Positions 29,144-37,663 of a stretch of DNA of 37,746 nucleotides are shown here, piece by piece. Both the position numbers and the translations under genes were made by a program. This DNA comes from an uncultured Blautia sp. (GTDB lineage Bacteria; Bacillota; Clostridia; Lachnospirales; Lachnospiraceae): NCBI GenBank assembly GCA_946538475.1, contig CAMNGN010000001.1, positions 1-37,746 of the forward strand, written 5' to 3'. The first letter of the stretch is position 1. Every line of letters begins with the position of its first letter. A model generated the notes under the pieces. It was not told the DNA's origin. It made no database searches and worked only from the letters and a program-made list of their open reading frames with translations.

Positions 29144-30958
29144 TTATTTATACTTCTTATACATGGGCCCGAATGCCGCGCAAGCTCTATAATCGGCACC
29201 CTCTTTATCTACGGTGCCGAAAGCGTTCCAGGCTGCAGGACGATAGATGTCTTTCTCCGGAACATTGTGCATGCAGACCGGAATTCTCAGCATGGAAGCC
29301 ATGGTGATCAGGTCAGCGCCGACATGTCCGTAAACGGTTGCGCCGTGGTTAGCGCCCCAGTTTCTCATCACGGTGTAAGCGTTTTCAAAAGCGCTTCCCG
29401 GGATGCCGTCTGTACGCGGTGCAAACCAGGTGCAGGGCCATGTGTAGTCGGTTCTCTTCCAGAGGATATCGGTAACCTCATCCGGAAGAGCAACGGTCCA
29501 GCCTTCTGCGATCTGAAGGACCGGTCCAAGGCCTTTGACCAGGTTGAGTCTCATCATGGTGACAGGCATCTCAGCCTTGGTGACAAATCTGGAAGAATAG
29601 CCGCCGCCGCGGAAATATCCGTTGTCAGCCGGAGCCCACTCGGTAGCTGCGGAGATAGCCTTGATATCTTCCTCGGTGATATCCCACCATTTCTTCATGG
29701 TCGGGTTGCCGTTCTCATCCTTGCAAACGCCCGAGAAATCAAGAGCGGAAGCACCGGAGTTGATCAGATGGATGAATCCGTCAGCATCTTTTGCATGGCC
29801 TTCGATATCATAACCGGTGACACGCTTTACAGACTCACCGCTCCAGTAGGTACGAACATCCGAGAACATGGCTGCTCTGCCGGTCAGCTGTTTCTCAAAC
29901 AGCATGCAGAGGCCGTTGAGGATATCGTTTTCGGTAGCCAGTGTATAAGGCTCTCTTGCGCCGTCATAGTCGAATGTGGTGGAAAGGAAAGCTTCGGGAT
30001 AGTCGCAGTTCGGATAGAAGTCTGTCCACTGTCTCTGTCCCTGGAAACCGCCGGCGATCGCGTTGTGTCCGAGAGCTTCCTCCGGGAACTTCTCGGCAAG
30101 CTTCTCGTTGCCGCGCATAAGGTCCTTGATGATGATGTACATCTTAACGGTGAACTCCCACTGCTCGTCCTTGACTTCGCGGGATTTCTGGATCCAATCC
30201 GGGTTCTTGTCGAAGCACTCTTTGCAGTTCTCTTTGGTCCATGCCAGAGCTCTCCGGAATTCTTCTTCATCATAGATACCCTCGCTCATACGGCGGATGA
30301 TCTCGACCTCGTCGATCGACTCAACACGCATGCCAAGGTAGGACTCGATGAAATCCTGATCCATGATGGAACCGCCGATACCCATGGTGACGGAACCGAT
30401 CTGCAGATAGGAAGTACCGCGGAGAGAAGCAACAGCTACTGCAGCACGGCCGAAGCGAAGAAGCATCTCGGTGACGTCATCCGGAATAACTTCGTCATCA
30501 GCATCCTGAACATCTTTTCCGTAGATACCGAAAGCCGGAAGGCCTTTCTGTGCATGGGTAGCAAGAACGGAAGCAAGATATACAGCGCCGGGACGCTCTG
30601 TAGCGTTGAGTCCCCATACGCCCTTGATGGTGTTGGGATCCATATCCATTGTCTCGGAACCATAGCACCAGCACGGTGTAACGGTAAGAGTGATATCGAC
30701 GCCTTCTTTCTTGAACTGCTCTGCGCAGGCAGCGCTCTCGCGAACACGGCCGATCGTGGTATTGGAAATAACCACCTTGACCGGTGTGCCGTCGCCGTAG
30801 CGAAGGTTTTCTTCATAGAGCTTTTTGGCCTTGAGAGCCATGCCCATGGTCTGCTCCTCAAGAGATCCTCTTACATCGAGCGGTCCTTTACGACCATCAA
30901 TTACCGGGCGGATACCGATTACCGGACGGCCGCCGATGAGTTTTCTGCTGTCACCCAT
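29144..30958 (-). CDS. fucI: L-fucose (D-arabinose) isomerase
   Basis: [64 protein letters not shown] on the minus strand before ATG 30958. Confidence 0.95.
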   Translation of the reverse strand: MGDSRKLIGGRPVIGIRPVIDGRKGPLDVRGSLEEQTMGMALKAKKLYEENLRYGDGTPVKVVISNTTIGRVRESAACAEQFKKEGVDITLTVTPCWCYGSETMDMDPNTIKGVWGLNATERPGAVYLASVLATHAQKGLPAFGIYGKDVQDADDEVIPDDVTEMLLRFGRAAVAVASLRGTSYLQIGSVTMGIGGSIMDQDFIESYLGMRVESIDEVEIIRRMSEGIYDEEEFRRALAWTKENCKECFDKNPDWIQKSREVKDEQWEFTVKMYIIIKDLMRGNEKLAEKFPEEALGHNAIAGGFQGQRQWTDFYPNCDYPEAFLSTTFDYDGAREPYTLATENDILNGLCMLFEKQLTGRAAMFSDVRTYWSGESVKRVTGYDIEGHAKDADGFIHLINSGASALDFSGVCKDENGNPTMKKWWDITEEDIKAISAATEWAPADNGYFRGGGYSSRFVTKAEMPVTMMRLNLVKGLGPVLQIAEGWTVALPDEVTDILWKRTDYTWPCTWFAPRTDGIPGSAFENAYTVMRNWGANHGATVYGHVGADLITMASMLRIPVCMHNVPEKDIYRPAAWNAFGTVDKEGADYRACAAFGPMYKKYK

Positions 30959-31049
30959 TTTGAATTTACCTCCATTAAAAATAATAAAAGTACGCATGCA
31001 GGCCGTATCGAAATGCATCTGAAACGGCCTGTTTATTGATGATAAAACA

Positions 31050-31088
31050 ATTATACCCTTGTGTATCCGATAAGTCTTGTTCTATAAT
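31050..31088. promoter_or_regulatory. Overlapping divergent promoters for fucI and the AraC gene
   Basis: Minus-strand TATAAT at 31055-31050 with weak -35 (AAGACT, 17-nt spacer); plus-strand TATAAT at 31083-31088. Confidence 0.5.
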
Positions 31089-31178
31089 GATAAAAAACAG
31101 TACAATATTCACTTTTTTTGGTTACCGGCAGGCAGTGAAGCGGATTGCCGGTTACCTTGGATTTACAGGAGACAAAAA

Positions 31179-32051
31179 ATGCACGATCCTCAGCGAAACG
31201 AAAACCGGCCGCGCGGCACGTATGAGTTCCCCTTCGAATTTCATCATGTCGACGCCGACCATCCCCGTTACGTGATGATCTATCACTGGCACCTGGAATT
31301 TGAGATCATCCGCATCCTCGAAGGCTCTCTTCTGGTCACGCTGGATGAGAAAAGCTTCAGGGCCAAAAAAGGGGAGATCATCTTTGTCCACGGGGGAGTT
31401 CTGCATTCCGGCATCCCCGAAGACGGGTGCGTGTACCAGTGTATCGTATTCGACCTCAGCTCCCTTCTCAGAGGGTTTACCGAGATCACCCCTTACATTC
31501 AAAGGATACTCGGCGGGGAGATCAAAGTGTTCCATCACATTACGGAAGAGCAGGCGGACGCGGCAGAAGCTGCCGGCGAAATATTTGACGCTTTTATGCA
31601 GAAGAAGGACGGTTATCAGATGACGGTAATCGGACAATTTTATCATTTTTTCGGTCTCGTTTACGGGAAGCACTATTATCTGGAGAGCATCGTCCGGTCA
31701 GGCAGAGATTACCGGAAGATCGTGCAGCTCAAGATGGTCGTAGACTATATCGAAAAAAACTATGCGAGACAGATCAGCCTGGCCGACCTTTCGGGAGCTG
31801 TGTCCATGTCCCCCAGATATTTTTGCCGCTTTTTCTCCGAGATGACGCATCAGACCCCCATGGATTATCTGAACAGACAAAGGATAGAGCAGGCCTGCTT
31901 CAGGCTGGTCACCACAGAGGACCCGGTCACCGAGGTGGCATACAGCAGCGGCTTCAATGACCTGAGCTATTTTATAAGAACATTCCGCAAATACAAAGGA
32001 GTCACCCCCGGAAAATACAGGCGGGGCCTGATTCCGGCGGCAGAGCTGTAA
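31179..32051 (+). CDS. AraC-family transcriptional regulator (cupin sensor plus HTH)
   Basis: HWHLEFEI cupin motif, MSPRYFCRFF, RIEQAC, SGFNDLSYFIRTFRKYKGVTP. AGGAG RBS before ATG 31179. Confidence 0.93.
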   Translation: MHDPQRNENRPRGTYEFPFEFHHVDADHPRYVMIYHWHLEFEIIRILEGSLLVTLDEKSFRAKKGEIIFVHGGVLHSGIPEDGCVYQCIVFDLSSLLRGFTEITPYIQRILGGEIKVFHHITEEQADAAEAAGEIFDAFMQKKDGYQMTVIGQFYHFFGLVYGKHYYLESIVRSGRDYRKIVQLKMVVDYIEKNYARQISLADLSGAVSMSPRYFCRFFSEMTHQTPMDYLNRQRIEQACFRLVTTEDPVTEVAYSSGFNDLSYFIRTFRKYKGVTPGKYRRGLIPAAEL

Positions 32052-32162
32052 AAAAATATAAAATTTGTTGTTTTCCCCCATAAAAACCTGCCTGTCCCGG
32101 CGTATATCTAATGACAAACAAAATATAAAGACCGCCAGGTATAATGAAAAACGAAAGGACAG

Positions 32163-33872
32163 GTGAGTAAAATGACAATGCTTCTGATGAAAATCTTCTC
32201 AGCGATCCTTGCAGCCATTCTTCTTTTCTCCGGAGTGGCCATGACAGGAAACGAGGCAACGAACAGTTTGGAAAATCCTCAGACGAAGGAGACCGAAATA
32301 CCCGATCAGTGGCTCCCCGAGGCAGAAGAAGCCGCAGAGTATGATATGCTGTACGACAATGGATATCAGTATGCCGCGTCTGCACCCATGGCGGGAGCGG
32401 AAATGTACATGCGGGAATACTCGATCGATCCGGATTACAAGATCGATTATTACGAAGAAGGCGTAACCCCCGAAGGCGAAAAATACGATACGATCGACGA
32501 AAATCCCTTCTGCCTTGTACAGACAGAACCTCTCTCCACCTTTGCGGCAGATGTGGACACCGCCTCTTATGCGAATATCCGCCGTATGATCGAGAACGGT
32601 GCTTCTCCCTCCGGGATCAGTCCGAGTGCGGTCCGCGCGGAGGAATTCATCAATTACTTCTCCTACGATCTGAATCTCCCCGAAGGAGATGAAAAATTCG
32701 GCGTCACAAAGATCGTAGCACCCTGCCCCTGGAACGAGAGCCATCAGCTTCTGTTCCTCGGACTGAAAACACAGGATATCGACATGTCAGACATTCCGCA
32801 GCAGAACCTTGTATTCCTGATCGACGTATCAGGCTCGATGCTGGATGACAACAAGCTGCCGCTGTTAAAGAAATCCTTCCTTCAGCTGCTCGACAACCTG
32901 GACGAAGAAGACACCGTCTCGATCGTGACATACGCGAACGGGGTAGAAACCGTCCTCGACCGGGTAAAATGCGATGACAAAGACATTATCCGCGATGCGA
33001 TCGACGATCTGGAAGCAGGAGGCGGCACCAACGGTGAAGGCGGCATTCAGCGCGCGTACGAGATCGCGGAGCGCGGCTTTATCGAAGGCGGCAACAACCG
33101 CGTGATCCTCGCGACCGACGGTGACCTGAACATCGGCATCTCCGAGCCCGATCAGCTCGAAAAACTGATCACGGAAAAGAAAGAATCCGGCGTGTATCTG
33201 TCAGTCCTCGGATTTGGCATGTACAACATAAGAGACGACAACATGGAACGCCTGGCCGACTGCGGCAACGGCAATTACGCCTATATCGATTCCCTCCTCG
33301 AAGCCAAAAAGGTGCTGGTGGAAGAGATGGGCTCCACGCTGCTGACCGTGGCAAACGATGTCAAACTCCAGGTGGAATTCAACCCTGCGAAAGTCAACTC
33401 TTACCGCCTGATCGGCTACGAAAACCGCCTGATGGCAGCAAGCGAATTCCGCGATGACACAAAGGACGCAGGCGAGATCGGTGCCGGCCACAGCGTGGTA
33501 GCTCTGTACGAACTGATCCCTGCGGACAGCGAACAGGCTGTAACTCTCAAATATCAGGAACAGCCGCAGAATGAAGGCGCAGACACGGACGAATTTGCGA
33601 CCCTGTTCGTCCGCTATAAAGAGCCCGGCGAAGAGACTGCAGCCGAGAAGGACTACCCGGTGACCGAAGAATCCTTTACCGAAACCCCCGACGACGACTT
33701 CCGCTTCGCCGCCGCGGCAGCAGAGTTCGCGCTGATTTTGAAAGACAGCGAATACAAAGGGGAATCCTCCCTCGAACACCTGAGCGCGATCCTCAAAGAG
33801 ATATCGCTTGACGACGAGTACCGTCAGGAAATGTCCTATCTGGTGAGACGGCTGGAGGGACAGGACTACTGA
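32163..33872 (+). CDS. Exported/membrane-anchored VWA domain protein (YfbK-like)
   Basis: N-terminal hydrophobic segment, PLSTFAADVDTASY, EEFINYF, MIDAS DVSGS, GGGTNG, LATDGD, YRLIGYENR, DAGEIGAGH. Start may be ATG 32172. Confidence 0.9.
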   Translation: MSKMTMLLMKIFSAILAAILLFSGVAMTGNEATNSLENPQTKETEIPDQWLPEAEEAAEYDMLYDNGYQYAASAPMAGAEMYMREYSIDPDYKIDYYEEGVTPEGEKYDTIDENPFCLVQTEPLSTFAADVDTASYANIRRMIENGASPSGISPSAVRAEEFINYFSYDLNLPEGDEKFGVTKIVAPCPWNESHQLLFLGLKTQDIDMSDIPQQNLVFLIDVSGSMLDDNKLPLLKKSFLQLLDNLDEEDTVSIVTYANGVETVLDRVKCDDKDIIRDAIDDLEAGGGTNGEGGIQRAYEIAERGFIEGGNNRVILATDGDLNIGISEPDQLEKLITEKKESGVYLSVLGFGMYNIRDDNMERLADCGNGNYAYIDSLLEAKKVLVEEMGSTLLTVANDVKLQVEFNPAKVNSYRLIGYENRLMAASEFRDDTKDAGEIGAGHSVVALYELIPADSEQAVTLKYQEQPQNEGADTDEFATLFVRYKEPGEETAAEKDYPVTEESFTETPDDDFRFAAAAAEFALILKDSEYKGESSLEHLSAILKEISLDDEYRQEMSYLVRRLEGQDY

Positions 33873-33875
33873 TGT

Positions 33876-33902
33876 AAAGACAGGGGACGGTCCCCTGTCT
33901 TT
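33876..33902. repeat. REP-like palindrome (single copy)
   Basis: AAAGACAGGGGAC-G-GTCCCCTGTCTTT, 13-bp perfect arms. Shares the core ACAGGGG(G)ACGGTCC with both arms of 37550-37663. Confidence 0.75.
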
Positions 33903-33934
33903 CCCTGTGAACCATTTTTTTATTGGAGAACAAT

Positions 33935-34480
33935 ATGGAAAACGAAAGATTTGAGGAATGCATGCACCGCATCCGAAATGGCGACAAAAACGCGCTGAAA
34001 GAGATCTACGAAGAATATAACGACTACATATTCCACCTGCTTCTGGGCATCACCGGCAACTACCAGGATGCAGAAGATATCACTGTGGAATTCTTTATCA
34101 AACTATGGGATCTGAGCGACAGATTTACCCCCGGAGGCGGACACAAACGCTGGATGACCGTCATCGCCCGGAACATGGCTCTCGACTACCTGCGGAGCCG
34201 GGGCCGCGAAGTTCCCGTAGAACCGCAGGAGATGGGAACGCAGATCGACACGGATCCTCAAATCGAAAAAGGGTACGACGAAGTGATAGAAGACATGTCC
34301 CTTGCCGAGGCCCTTAACCGCCTCACTCCCGCAGAACGCGAGGTCGTTCACATGAAAGTGATCGGAGATCTGACATTCAAACATATTGCAGACATACTCA
34401 AGATCCCTATAGGAACAGTGACCTGGCGTTACAGACAGGCGATAAGCAAACTGAGGAGGTGCGGCTATGAAGCACTTTGA
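33935..34480 (+). CDS. ECF RNA polymerase sigma factor
   Basis: GDKNALKEIY, DAEDI, WMTVIARNMALDYLR (region 2), LTPAEREV..IADILKIPIGTV (region 4). GGAG RBS before ATG 33935. Confidence 0.93.
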   Translation: MENERFEECMHRIRNGDKNALKEIYEEYNDYIFHLLLGITGNYQDAEDITVEFFIKLWDLSDRFTPGGGHKRWMTVIARNMALDYLRSRGREVPVEPQEMGTQIDTDPQIEKGYDEVIEDMSLAEALNRLTPAEREVVHMKVIGDLTFKHIADILKIPIGTVTWRYRQAISKLRRCGYEAL

Positions 34481-35441
34481 AGAAGAATACAGAAAATATG
34501 TTCATGAAAACACACCCGACCTGTGGAACAGAATAGAAGCCGGCCTCACGGAAAAGACAACCGGACAGGAGCAGACAGCATCACACAAGGTACCCGATAA
34601 TTGGCAGGTGATCGAGAGCAGATTGGAAGAAAAAGCTGCCGATCCCTCAGTCGCACATACGCAAAAAAGAAAACCCCGGTACTACCTGCGGGGCATCCTC
34701 ACAGCGGCCGCAGGGTTCGTCGTCATCGCGACCGCCGCCATAACCCTCAACATGAGACAAAAATCCGCCGAAGAGGCAAAGAACGCATCTGCAATATCTT
34801 CGGCAGAGGAAACGGCATACGAAAGAGAAGCAGAGCAGTCTGCCGAAACCGTAAACTCCGCACCGGTTCAGAGTATAAAGGCCCCCGAATCTGCCGCACC
34901 GGCCGCAGAATATGACATGGCAGAAGAGGCAGCCGCAGAATATGATATGGCGGAAGAAACCGACACAGGGTACGGCTTACAGTTTGCACCGGCTCAAACC
35001 CCAAAAGAAATACAGGCAGAACCGGAAGCCGTGATGTCCACGATAGCCCCGGTTCCTGTCAAAGAACTGGGAATAGCGCTGTCAATTCCCCCGACAATGA
35101 CCGCCCGTCCTCTGACGACAGAGGAAGAAGAGCAGGGATACATCTGCGAATACGCAGGAACTGCCGCAGACGGGATCACCCCCGCAAAACTGACCATCCG
35201 TTATATTGAAACAGAAGCAGAAACATTGGACGAATATGCAGCGATCCTGGCAGAAGAAGGCATAACTGCCGACCGTGAGTATGCATCTTACATCAGAACA
35301 GATGTCCTGGAATACACCCGCGAAACGCAGAAAACACACTGCATTCTGTACTTCGCCGAAAACGGAACTCCGGTAGAACTATCGATCACCCCAGAGTCGA
35401 CAGACCTCCTGCGCTCGATCTCCGGTTATTCTGCAGACTGA
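34467..35441 (+). CDS. Putative single-pass anti-sigma factor
   Basis: Overlaps the sigma gene, AGGAGGT RBS, N-terminal PDLWNRIE motif, basic patch then one TM (GILTAAAGFVVIATAAITL), acidic extracellular region. Confidence 0.75.
   Translation: MKHFEEEYRKYVHENTPDLWNRIEAGLTEKTTGQEQTASHKVPDNWQVIESRLEEKAADPSVAHTQKRKPRYYLRGILTAAAGFVVIATAAITLNMRQKSAEEAKNASAISSAEETAYEREAEQSAETVNSAPVQSIKAPESAAPAAEYDMAEEAAAEYDMAEETDTGYGLQFAPAQTPKEIQAEPEAVMSTIAPVPVKELGIALSIPPTMTARPLTTEEEEQGYICEYAGTAADGITPAKLTIRYIETEAETLDEYAAILAEEGITADREYASYIRTDVLEYTRETQKTHCILYFAENGTPVELSITPESTDLLRSISGYSAD
34902..34957 (+). repeat. In-frame 30-bp-period tandem duplication (AAEYDMAEE x2)
   Basis: GCCGCAGAATATGACATGGCAGAAGA (34902) and GCCGCAGAATATGATATGGCGGAAGA (34932). 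Confidence 0.9.
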
Positions 35442-35480
35442 CTGCACGTATTACGTTTCCCGGCCCAATCTATCAATCTC

Positions 35481-35509
35481 TTTACTGGGAAAGGAAAATA
35501 TGATATAGT
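35481..35509 (+). promoter_or_regulatory. Probable sigma-A promoter for the NUDIX gene
   Basis: TTTACT (35481-35486), 17-nt spacer, TATAGT (35504-35509) with extended TG at 35501. Confidence 0.55.
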
Positions 35510-35568
35510 GAAAAACGCAAAAAATACAATACCGCATTTCAGTCTGATACAAAAAGAAGGAGATCAAC

Positions 35569-36180
35569 TTGGGCAAGATCAACCACATCGAAAAACTCAC
35601 CGACAACCGCTTCGTCAACCTCTACCACATGGACGCCACCAGCGTTCACGACACCCCGGTAAGCTACTACGTAGCCTCCCGCGCCAAAACCACCGAGACA
35701 CTTAAGGCTGTGACTCGCAAAAACAACCCCGACGGCGTGGTGATCTACAGTGTTTACGGCGAAAATCATGACAAAGTGGTCCTCATCAGACAATATCGTT
35801 ACTCGATCGCTGACTACATCTACGAATTCCCCGCAGGCCTCGTCGAACCTGACGAAAGCTACCACGAAGGCGCCGTCCGCGAAATGTACGAAGAGACCGG
35901 GCTCACCCTTCATCCCATCACGGTACAGGAAGGATATCAAAAACCCTACTTCACGACAGTAGGCCTGACCGACGAATCCTGCGCGACAGTCTTCGGCTAC
36001 GCCGACGGAACGATCAGCAACGCCGCCGAAGAAGCCTCCGAAGAGATCGAAGTGGTCATCGCGGACAAGGACGAAGTGCGGCGCATCCTTCGCGAAGAAA
36101 AAGTGGCACTTCTCTGCGCATACATGCTCATGCACTTCCTCGCAGACGACGAACCATTTGCCTTTTTGAATCAGCTTTAA
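35569..36180 (+). CDS. NUDIX hydrolase (ADP-ribose pyrophosphatase-like)
   Basis: LIRQYRY, Nudix box EFPAGLVEPDESYHEGAVREMYEETGL. TTG start after AAGGAG. Confidence 0.9.
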   Translation: MGKINHIEKLTDNRFVNLYHMDATSVHDTPVSYYVASRAKTTETLKAVTRKNNPDGVVIYSVYGENHDKVVLIRQYRYSIADYIYEFPAGLVEPDESYHEGAVREMYEETGLTLHPITVQEGYQKPYFTTVGLTDESCATVFGYADGTISNAAEEASEEIEVVIADKDEVRRILREEKVALLCAYMLMHFLADDEPFAFLNQL

Positions 36181-36191
36181 CACAAAAGGAG

Positions 36192-36224
36192 GACAGCTGC
36201 CGGGCTCCGGAAGCTGTCTTTTTT
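36192..36224 (+). terminator. Intrinsic terminator-like hairpin between NUDIX and hisC
   Basis: GACAGCT-G-CCGG-GCT-CCGG-A-AGCTGTC followed by TTTTTT. Confidence 0.7.
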
Positions 36225-36241
36225 ATAGAAGGGAAAAGATC

Positions 36242-37309
36242 ATGAAAAAATGGATGCAGAACATAAGGACAGTCACACCGTACACCCCGGGAGAACAGCC
36301 CAAAGAAAAAAACATCATCAAACTTAACACAAACGAGAACCCTTATCCGCCTGCCCCGGGCGTACAAAAGATCCTGGAAGGATTCGACACCGACACACTC
36401 AGGCTCTACCCCGACCCCGCATCGACAGATATCGTGCACGCGATCGCAGAATACTATGGCCTGTCGGACGACAAAGTCTTTGTCGGAGTCGGTTCGGACG
36501 ATGTGCTGGCCATGTGCTTTATGACCTTCTTCAACTCGGACAAACCGCTCCTGTTCCCGGACATCACCTATTCCTTCTACGACGTGTGGGCAGAACTGTT
36601 CCGGATTCCCTACAGGCAGATTCCGCTCGATGAAAACTTTGAGATAAGACCGGAAGACTACAAAACGGAATGCGGCGGGATCATCTTCCCCAATCCCAAC
36701 GCCCCGACCGGAATCGAAATGCCGGTTGAACGCGTGGAGGAGATCATCCGCAGCCACCCGGATGTGATCGTCATCGTGGACGAAGCCTACGTCGACTTCG
36801 GCGGAACCTCGGCGCTTCCCCTGATCGACAAATACGACAACGTGATCATAGTGCAGACCTTCTCAAAATCCCGGTCGATGGCCGGCATGCGCGTCGGCTT
36901 TGCGCTTGCAAATCCCGAGTTGATCAAATATCTGAACGATGTCAAATATTCCTTCAACTCTTACACGATGAACCGCACAGCCATCGCCTGCGCTGCTGCG
37001 GCGATGAAGGACAAAGCTTACTTCGAAAAAACCTGCCGGCAGATCATCGAGGTGAGAGAGTGGGCCAAACAGGAGCTTAAATCCCTCGGATTTACCTTCG
37101 GTGACTCCAAAGCAAACTTTATCTTCGCCCGTCACGAGAGTATCCCTGCCGAGGAACTTTTCCTCGCGCTGAAAGAACACAAAATCTACGTCCGCTACTT
37201 CAAAAAACCGCGGATCGATAATTACCTCCGCATTACCATAGGAACCAAGGAAGAGATGCAGGCTATGTTTGATTTTCTGAAGGAGTATTTGGGCGAAAAA
37301 GGGAGATAG
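36242..37309 (+). CDS. hisC: Histidinol-phosphate aminotransferase
   Basis: PYTPGEQP, KLNTNENPYPP, GVGSDD, PNPNAPTG, VDEAYVDF, TFSKSRSMAGMRVG, LRITIGT. Confidence 0.93.
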   Translation: MKKWMQNIRTVTPYTPGEQPKEKNIIKLNTNENPYPPAPGVQKILEGFDTDTLRLYPDPASTDIVHAIAEYYGLSDDKVFVGVGSDDVLAMCFMTFFNSDKPLLFPDITYSFYDVWAELFRIPYRQIPLDENFEIRPEDYKTECGGIIFPNPNAPTGIEMPVERVEEIIRSHPDVIVIVDEAYVDFGGTSALPLIDKYDNVIIVQTFSKSRSMAGMRVGFALANPELIKYLNDVKYSFNSYTMNRTAIACAAAAMKDKAYFEKTCRQIIEVREWAKQELKSLGFTFGDSKANFIFARHESIPAEELFLALKEHKIYVRYFKKPRIDNYLRITIGTKEEMQAMFDFLKEYLGEKGR

Positions 37310-37310
37310 G

Positions 37311-37559
37311 ATGAAAAAAGACACGGAGCACAAATACTATTCATACTTCCGCCACGAAAAGTGCGAGTACTTCCCCTGCCACAAAGGCGTGGACCCCGAG
37401 GACTTCAACTGCCTGTTCTGCTACTGCCCGCTCTATTCCAAAGGAAGAGAGTGCGGCGGAAACTTCAGGTATACCGAGAAAGGGATCAAAGACTGCTCAA
37501 ACTGTACGGTGCCGCACAGGAGGGAGAATTACGGGCTGGTGATAAGCAAGCTGAAATAA
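37311..37559 (+). CDS. Cysteine-rich small domain (zinc-binding-like) protein
   Basis: CEYFPCH, FNCLFCYCPLY, CGG, KDCSNCTVPH. Confidence 0.85.
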   Translation: MKKDTEHKYYSYFRHEKCEYFPCHKGVDPEDFNCLFCYCPLYSKGRECGGNFRYTEKGIKDCSNCTVPHRRENYGLVISKLK

Positions 37560-37663
37560 AACACAGGGGGACGGTCCTTTTGTGTTCGGTGCTTATGAGT
37601 GCAGAATATCGCTTCATACTTTCCCGAACACAAAAGGACCGTCCCCCTGTGTTTTATTTCAGC
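37550..37663. repeat. REPIN-like element: perfect 40-bp inverted repeat with 34-nt spacer
   Basis: 37550-37589 GCTGAAATAAAACACAGGGGGACGGTCCTTTTGTGTTCGG is the exact reverse complement of 37624-37663. Confidence 0.85.

Noticed and set aside
29374-29387. TGTAAGCGTTTTCA, a close match to the CcpA cre consensus
   Set aside because: It lies about 1.6 kb into fucI near the 3' end and is explained by the coding sequence (FENAYT); no support for function.
29120-31039. 639-aa plus-strand ORF
   Set aside because: It is the antisense shadow of fucI, starts right after a terminator and has no domain signal.
36242-37559. Aminotransferase as cobalamin CobD because of the adjacent Cys-rich protein
   Set aside because: The N-terminal PYTPGEQP and KLNTNENPY motifs fit HisC, the HGG start typical of CobD is absent, and there are no cob genes in the window.
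37550-37663. CRISPR repeat or IS-derived MITE
   Set aside because: The repeats are inverted rather than direct, there is no spacer array or cas gene, and no target-site duplication is evident at the ends.
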